Assembly: GCA_039680305.1 (NCBI GenBank)
Contig: JBDKTH010000436.1
Span: 1-50,864 of the forward strand
Direction: 5' to 3'
Length of the DNA stretch: 50,864 nucleotides
Source of the DNA: Thermoguttaceae bacterium
GTDB lineage: Bacteria; Planctomycetota; Planctomycetia; Pirellulales; Thermoguttaceae
Shown here: positions 47,985 to 50,864 of the stretch, in pieces
Numbering within the stretch: position 1 is the stretch's first letter
Layout: each line of letters starts with the position of its first letter
Notes under the pieces: generated by a model
What the model was told of the DNA's origin: nothing
What the model saw: the letters and a program-made list of their open reading frames with translations, nothing else
Database searches by the model: none
Program-made: the position numbers and the translations under genes

Positions 47985-48466
47985 ACGCGCACCTTGGTTC
48001 CTGTGGAGACCGTCGCGCCCTCATCGATCAGACATTCCGAGCCGCTGATCGTGACGGGGTGCCAGGGAAGCGCCTTGGGGGCTGGTCCGCGGAGCACGCT
48101 TCCGTCGGCCGCGAAGTGAGAGCCGTGGCACGGGCACTCGAAGCCTTCCGGCACGGGCTTGACAATACAGCCCAGGTGCGTGCAGACCGTGGAAATCGCG
48201 TACACGCCCTCCGCATCGCGGAAGAGGGCCACGCTGCGACCCGGCGGCACGAAGGGCTGGCCGGGCGCCAGCGACTCGGGAAACGTCACGCGGAACTTCT
48301 TCGACGGGGAGGTCAGCACGGCCGCCTTGGGCAACCGCAGCATTCCCAGGCCGGCGAAGGCGAGGGCCGCCAGCAAGGAGCCCAGGGCCGAGAGCCCCAG
48401 GACATCACGACGCGGCACGGGCTCCGGATCAAGGCGAGAGCGAGACTCGGCGAGCGGGACGGTCAT
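47981..48466 (-). CDS. Rieske [2Fe-2S] subunit (alternative start 48478)
   Basis: PRRDVLG Tat-like anchor. CTHLGC...CPCHGS. ATGA overlaps at both ends. Confidence 0.85.
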   Translation of the reverse strand: MTVPLAESRSRLDPEPVPRRDVLGLSALGSLLAALAFAGLGMLRLPKAAVLTSPSKKFRVTFPESLAPGQPFVPPGRSVALFRDAEGVYAISTVCTHLGCIVKPVPEGFECPCHGSHFAADGSVLRGPAPKALPWHPVTISGSECLIDEGATVSTGTKVRV

Positions 48467-50385
48467 AGGGTCCTCCATTGGGTCGAACAAGCCACTCGCT
48501 CCATGCTGATCGCATCCGCCGGGCATCGCATGGCGCACAGCGCGCAGCGGATGCAACGGTCCTCGTCCTTGAGGATGGCCGAATGCTCCGCTCGAACGGC
48601 GTCTGCTCCGAGGAAGGTGTCGACGAGAGCGTCGAGGTCCGCGCCCGGTTCGATCTCGGCCAGGGAGGCCAGTTTCAGGCATTGCGTGGGACAAACATCG
48701 ATGCATCCGCCGCACAGCACGCATCGGCTCCCGTCGAACACGGGCGTGACCCCGCAATCCAGGCAACGCGACGCTTCCCGCTGTGCCTCGGCAGGGCTGT
48801 AACCGCATTCGACGACCATATCCGGTCGGCGCAAACGCTCTACCGGCTCAGTCGTTGGAACCGGTGCACGGCGGATGGCCTCGTAACCCGGCTCCCGCTG
48901 ATACCGTTCCAGCGTCAGATGGACGGTGATTGCCTCGGCCGCAAGCTGCCGCCCCGTAACGTGACGGTACACCGATCGCGCGGCCGCTTTGCCCGATGCC
49001 ACGGCGTCGATCAGTAATCTCGTGCCATGGGCCAGATCGCCGATGGCGAACACGCCATCGGCGGTGGTGGCCAGCGTGTCCGGATCGACTTTCGGCCAAC
49101 CGGGGCGGTGCTGCTCGATGTCCGTGCCGCCGTCTTCCAGGAACGCGAGGTCCGTCGCCTGCCCGACCGCCAACAGGACCGTGTTGCAGGGGACCGTCCG
49201 GCGTTGGACGTCGTCGTACTGAGGCGAGAAGCGGCGGTTTGCGTCATAAACCCGAAGACAACGACGGAAGGTCACGCCGCACACCGCTCCGTTGGCGTCC
49301 CGCTCGATCGCCACCGGCCCCCAGCCGCCCATCCGCTCGATACCCTCTTCATCCCCCTCGATGATCTCCACGGTGTCGGCCGGCATGTCTTCGAGGGTCT
49401 CCAGCGACACCAGCGTGACCTTGCCGGTGCCGGGCCGCCGGGCGGCGGTACGGGCCGTGTCGAGGGCGATCTGACGAACGACCGTCCGTGCGACGTCATA
49501 GGCCACGTTACCACCACCGAGGACCACGACCTCGCGTCCCATCTCCAGCGTCTCCCCCAACGCGACCGCACGCAGGAGGTCGACACCGCCGAAGACACCC
49601 GGGCCGCTTTCGCCGGGAAGCCCGAGACTCCGCGAGCGTTTGGCGCCAACGGCGAGAATCACGGCCTTATAGTCCCGTCGGAGACTGGCAAGCGAGACGT
49701 CTTTGCCCACAGTTACGCCGCAATGGATCTTGACGCCCAGGGCCTCGATGACCGCCACTTCCCGGCGGATCAAGTCGCGCGGCAAGCGGTAGGCCGGCAC
49801 GCCCAAGGCGAGCATGCCCGCCGGAATCGGCTCCGCTTCAAATACGACCGGACAAAACCCCATCAGGGCAAGGTCGTGTGCGGCGGCCAGCCCCGCAGGT
49901 CCGGCGCCGACAATGGCGATCGACTCTCCCCCGGCCGGCACGAACTGGCCGGCGACGCCTGCGCGGAGCAGCGAGGCCATCTCCTCGGCGTCCGCCGACG
50001 CTGGGGGCGTCGCCCCGCGAAGGGCCTGGAGGGCCTCCTCCGCCGTGCAATCGTCGAAACCGGACTGTTCATAGGCGAAGCGTTTTAACGCGCGGATCGC
50101 CACGGGCCGGTCCTGGGCCACGAATCGTCCGTCGGCATCGACGCGGGGCACCTTTCCGCGTCGGCAGGCCGCCTCACACGGCGCGCCGCAGATGCGCCCA
50201 CAAATCGACGCCAGCGGATTGGGGCCTCGGGCGATCAGGTACGCTTCTTCCAAGCGCCCAGCGGCAATGGCTCGCACGTATCCTCGGGCATCGGTATGCA
50301 CCGGGCAGGCAACCTGGCAGGCGATCAGGTTGCGATGATAGCCCGCACCGGGAATGTCCACATGGATTGGAGCCAGAGGGTTCAT
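48463..50385 (-). CDS. GltD-like FAD/NAD(P)-dependent oxidoreductase with a C-terminal 2x[4Fe-4S] ferredoxin domain
   Basis: [10 protein letters not shown]...[47 protein letters not shown]-terminus CLDCG...[12 protein letters not shown]...[12 protein letters not shown]. Confidence 0.85.
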   Translation of the reverse strand: MNPLAPIHVDIPGAGYHRNLIACQVACPVHTDARGYVRAIAAGRLEEAYLIARGPNPLASICGRICGAPCEAACRRGKVPRVDADGRFVAQDRPVAIRALKRFAYEQSGFDDCTAEEALQALRGATPPASADAEEMASLLRAGVAGQFVPAGGESIAIVGAGPAGLAAAHDLALMGFCPVVFEAEPIPAGMLALGVPAYRLPRDLIRREVAVIEALGVKIHCGVTVGKDVSLASLRRDYKAVILAVGAKRSRSLGLPGESGPGVFGGVDLLRAVALGETLEMGREVVVLGGGNVAYDVARTVVRQIALDTARTAARRPGTGKVTLVSLETLEDMPADTVEIIEGDEEGIERMGGWGPVAIERDANGAVCGVTFRRCLRVYDANRRFSPQYDDVQRRTVPCNTVLLAVGQATDLAFLEDGGTDIEQHRPGWPKVDPDTLATTADGVFAIGDLAHGTRLLIDAVASGKAAARSVYRHVTGRQLAAEAITVHLTLERYQREPGYEAIRRAPVPTTEPVERLRRPDMVVECGYSPAEAQREASRCLDCGVTPVFDGSRCVLCGGCIDVCPTQCLKLASLAEIEPGADLDALVDTFLGADAVRAEHSAILKDEDRCIRCALCAMRCPADAISMERVACSTQWRTL

Positions 50386-50397
50386 CGACGGTCTCCC

Positions 50398-50864
50398 TTA
50401 GCCTGTCGCGGTTCCAGCCTTTCTAGAGTGCTTCTTGCCGGGCCTCTTCGAAGGCTTTGGAGATTCAACAACTGCGATCGACTGAAGCCGAGGACACGGG
50501 GCCAGCCAGCACTGCACCTGATTGGCAATGGAAGGGGCGGGGCTCGGCCGGCTCAAGAAATCCGCCAGTGTCCAGCGGGAAAGGACACTCACGATGGCGT
50601 GGTGAAGTTCGACCCCCGCTTGGTGAAATGCGCAGGTCTTTGACGAATCCGTGGCATCGCTGCAGAAGTCGCCGAGGATGGTGCCTTGACAGGCCTCGAC
50701 GACCGAGAGCAGAGAGATGTCACTGGGGGGACGATTAAGCGAGACTCCCCCGGCGACACCGCGGTGAGCCTTGAGTATCCCCACCCGGACAAGATGTCGG
50801 ACGACTTTGGCGAGATAGGTAGGCGATTCGCCGAGATGCTCGGCCATCAATCGCGGCGACCAGG
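50398..50864 (-). CDS. Rrf2-family transcriptional regulator, N-terminus cut by the window edge
   Basis: ...SPRLMAEHLGESPTYLAKVVRHLVRVGILKAHRGVAGGVSL (winged helix), then C-x8-C-x9-C-x2-H. The reading frame stays open to base 50864. Confidence 0.8.
   Translation of the reverse strand, partial: WSPRLMAEHLGESPTYLAKVVRHLVRVGILKAHRGVAGGVSLNRPPSDISLLSVVEACQGTILGDFCSDATDSSKTCAFHQAGVELHHAIVSVLSRWTLADFLSRPSPAPSIANQVQCWLAPCPRLQSIAVVESPKPSKRPGKKHSRKAGTATG

Noticed and set aside
1-50864. CRISPR arrays, rRNA/tRNA genes, long tandem repeats, and a Moco riboswitch upstream of moaA
   Set aside because: No regularly spaced direct repeats or rRNA/tRNA-like structures were seen by eye. moaA has only a 27-nt upstream gap, leaving no room for a riboswitch. 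A proper scan with tRNAscan, Infernal or CRISPR finders is still advisable.

Overview
High-GC window (about 60-65% by eye) whose proteins look planctomycete-like: a J-domain protein starting 'DPYHRWLGIPP', many lipobox lipoproteins, and a 'LQGTW' lipocalin-like protein. It splits into three parts. (1) About 0.3-14 kb is an accessory island on the + strand. It opens with an excisionase-like HTH, a tyrosine integrase and a large serine recombinase. A terminator-bounded six-gene operon follows: lipoprotein, small TM protein, DUF1257/Ycf35-like, DUF2997-like, YidD-like, and a Ycf46-type AAA+ ATPase. After that come plasmid/ICE-style conserved hypotheticals, including an orphan OLD/DUF4435-type TOPRIM protein. 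I saw no conjugation, capsid or known defence genes, and I consider this island the best candidate for an undescribed system. (2) About 14-27 kb holds chromosomal-looking genes: a J-domain/beta-helix protein, a lipoprotein plus papain-like peptidase operon, and an orphan controller-like XRE regulator next to decayed DNA. It also holds a decarboxylase/CGGC/phosphorylase/methyltransferase cluster and an ArsR-cysteine desulfurase pair with a DsrE-like pseudogene. (3) About 27-51 kb is a nitrogen-oxide respiration region. It contains a PocR hybrid histidine kinase and nrfHA, where NrfA is all-CXXCH with a large insertion. It also contains a roughly 17-kb co-directional minus-strand array: Rrf2, GltD-like flavoprotein, Rieske, cytochrome b, 7-haem cytochrome c, a Tat-exported NXR/pNar-type alpha-beta-gamma enzyme, a TorD-like chaperone and Moco biosynthesis genes. 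Many junctions in that array are ATGA or TGATG overlaps. No rRNA, tRNA or CRISPR array was found. All family calls come from motif recognition by eye and need profile searches to confirm.
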